From positions 1-55,165 of IMG/VR virus record IMGVR_UViG_3300033144_001879: a stretch of DNA of 55,165 nt. The stretch is one strand, 5' to 3'. This document shows, piece by piece, positions 53,763 to 55,165 of this stretch. Below the pieces are notes generated by a model. The model did no database searches. It saw nothing but the letters and a program-made list of their open reading frames with translations, and was not told where the DNA came from. This DNA comes from a virus. Its lineage: Duplodnaviria; Caudoviricetes. Position numbers and translations under genes: made by a program. Position 1 is the stretch's first letter. Each line of letters begins with the position of its first letter.

Positions 53763-53800
53763 CCCTTGCGCGCTTCGCGCTTTTCGGGGGAGACGAAAAA

Positions 53801-53838
53801 GCTTGCGTGAAAGAATGACTTCAACTAAAGTCGACGCC
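53801..53838 (+). promoter_or_regulatory. Rightward promoter for the replication operon
   Basis: GCTTGCGT-17-TAAAGTCGACGCC. Confidence 0.75.
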
Positions 53839-53875
53839 GATTTGAACCGACGACCAACAACGGGACAGCGAACGC

Positions 53876-54532
53876 TTGAACTTTTTGAAAATCAGAAATT
53901 GGTCCGACTTCCAACACTACAAAACTTGTCGGCATCCGCCGCCGTGGATTAAACTTCACAACGAGATCTTGACGTCGCGAACTTGGGTCTCATGCGACGA
54001 CACGAATCGCGCTCTCATGATCGCGTTAATGTTGATCGCTTCACGATGCAACAACCGGATTCCGCTCGACGAAGTTTATTTGATGCGAGCTTGCTATCTT
54101 TCCGAGCCGCCGGATTTCTCAATGCTTCTCGATCTCGATTTTATTCGGGTCATCAATGACGAAGGCGAAGCCGTCGAGGATCCCGCCGTTCAACTTAAAC
54201 TCAAGCCGCCGAAGACGCCGCCGAAGAAGCGAACCGCGAAGAAGAAACACGACGAGCGCTTTCCTGAATTTTATGACATATATCCGCGCAAGAGAGATCG
54301 CGCGACGGCGCTTCAAAAGTGGATCACGAAAAAGCTTGATTCAAAAGCCGACATGATCATCGCCGACGTAGCGAACCGGATCAAAAACGATCCACAGTGG
54401 GCGAAAGACGGCGGGAAATATATTCCGCATCCGTCGCGGTATCTACATCGCGAACTATGGAACGACGAAGTCGAGTCGAAAACAAAACGAACCGACGAAC
54501 TCGGACAAATACCGGAAGACCGCCGATGGTGA
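53876..54532 (+). CDS. Phage replication initiator / replisome organiser
   Basis: IRNWSDFQHYK...PPWIKLH; FPEFYDIYPRK...A..KW...YIPHPSRYL...W.DE; upstream of dnaB. Confidence 0.82.
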   Translation: MNFLKIRNWSDFQHYKTCRHPPPWIKLHNEILTSRTWVSCDDTNRALMIALMLIASRCNNRIPLDEVYLMRACYLSEPPDFSMLLDLDFIRVINDEGEAVEDPAVQLKLKPPKTPPKKRTAKKKHDERFPEFYDIYPRKRDRATALQKWITKKLDSKADMIIADVANRIKNDPQWAKDGGKYIPHPSRYLHRELWNDEVESKTKRTDELGQIPEDRRW

Positions 54533-55165
54533 CGACATATTACGATCAGTCCGAAGGCTCCGTCGTCGGTGCGTGTATTCAAGACAACGACGCGTATTGG
54601 AAAGTTGCCGGCATGGTTCGACCGTCTGATTTTGCGTCGGCGTTTCTTTCGACGGCGTGGTCGCTTATTGAAGCGGCCGCGAATCGTGGCGACGCATTCG
54701 ACGCGGTTAGTTTGGCCGAAGAGTCGGATCTCGAACTCGGCGCGCTTGTCGCGCTCGCAATGGATACGCCGGGATCGGCGAACGTCAAATCTTATGCGCG
54801 GATCGTTCGCGATCGAGCGACAGTCCGAAGCGCGACCGCCGAGATCGAATCATGTCGAGAGCGGCTCGTCGGCGGAGATAAAACGGCAATCGCCGAATTA
54901 CAATTGAAGCTCGAAGCGCTACATCGAACCGACAAGCCGTCGACGAATTTTAACGAAGCGTTGATCTCCGGGCTCGATGACATCGAGAAAGCACAAGAGC
55001 GCGCGAGCGTCGGCGGACTCGTCGGCGCTCCGACCGGAATCGAGTTGATCGATCGCCGGCTCGGTGGATTGTCCGGCGGGAAACTGATCATTCTCGCGGC
55101 GCGTCCGTCACTCGGAAAAACATCGCTCGCGCTTCAGGCAGCACAAGCGGCGGCGGCGGTCGGTT
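54526..55165 (+). CDS. dnaB: DnaB-like helicase, N-terminal part (continues at window start)
   Basis: MVTTYYDQSEGSVVGAC...RPSDF...TPGSANVKSYARIVRD...GAPTGIELIDRRLGGL; in frame with ORF 18..764. Confidence 0.92.
   Translation, partial: MVTTYYDQSEGSVVGACIQDNDAYWKVAGMVRPSDFASAFLSTAWSLIEAAANRGDAFDAVSLAEESDLELGALVALAMDTPGSANVKSYARIVRDRATVRSATAEIESCRERLVGGDKTAIAELQLKLEALHRTDKPSTNFNEALISGLDDIEKAQERASVGGLVGAPTGIELIDRRLGGLSGGKLIILAARPSLGKTSLALQAAQAAAAVG
55052..55165. repeat. Terminal direct repeat (right copy)
   Basis: Identical to 1..114. Confidence 0.95.

Noticed and set aside
55052-55165. 114-bp repeat as a biological terminal repeat
   Set aside because: It falls mid-helicase with the frame continuous across the junction, so an assembly overlap of a circular or permuted genome is more likely
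1-55165. Stop-codon reassignment
   Set aside because: Core genes are intact under the standard code and TAA, TAG and TGA all end genes

Overview
The window appears to be one complete, circularly permuted genome of a siphovirus-type tailed dsDNA phage. Unit length is about 55,051 bp: the last 114 nt repeat the first 114 nt, and a DnaB-like helicase reads in frame across that junction. Spanins, a PagL-like outer-membrane protein and a proteobacterial-style SSB point to a Gram-negative host. The + strand carries replication (initiator, DnaB), a nin-like region with three nucleases, packaging, head, a large extra fibre module, neck and non-contractile tail, lysis and a metallophosphoesterase. The - strand carries Exo/Bet/SSB recombination genes and two islands of small genes (13.4-16.8 kb and 42.3-49.2 kb). 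I saw no integrase, partition system, DNA polymerase, methyltransferase, tRNA or CRISPR array. Strongest candidates for something undescribed: (1) a fibre module of two paralogous 21-aa-repeat proteins in which Ig-like domains look split between genes, suggesting assembly by donor-strand complementation; (2) a phage-encoded lipoprotein plus PagL-like lipid A deacylase cassette; (3) a dispersed regulon of four sigma70-type promoters sharing a TACCC-N3-GGGYR operator, doubled in front of a small HTH gene; (4) a fixed-spacing AGGAACC-N6-ATG start motif. All family assignments come from motif recognition by eye, not from database searches.
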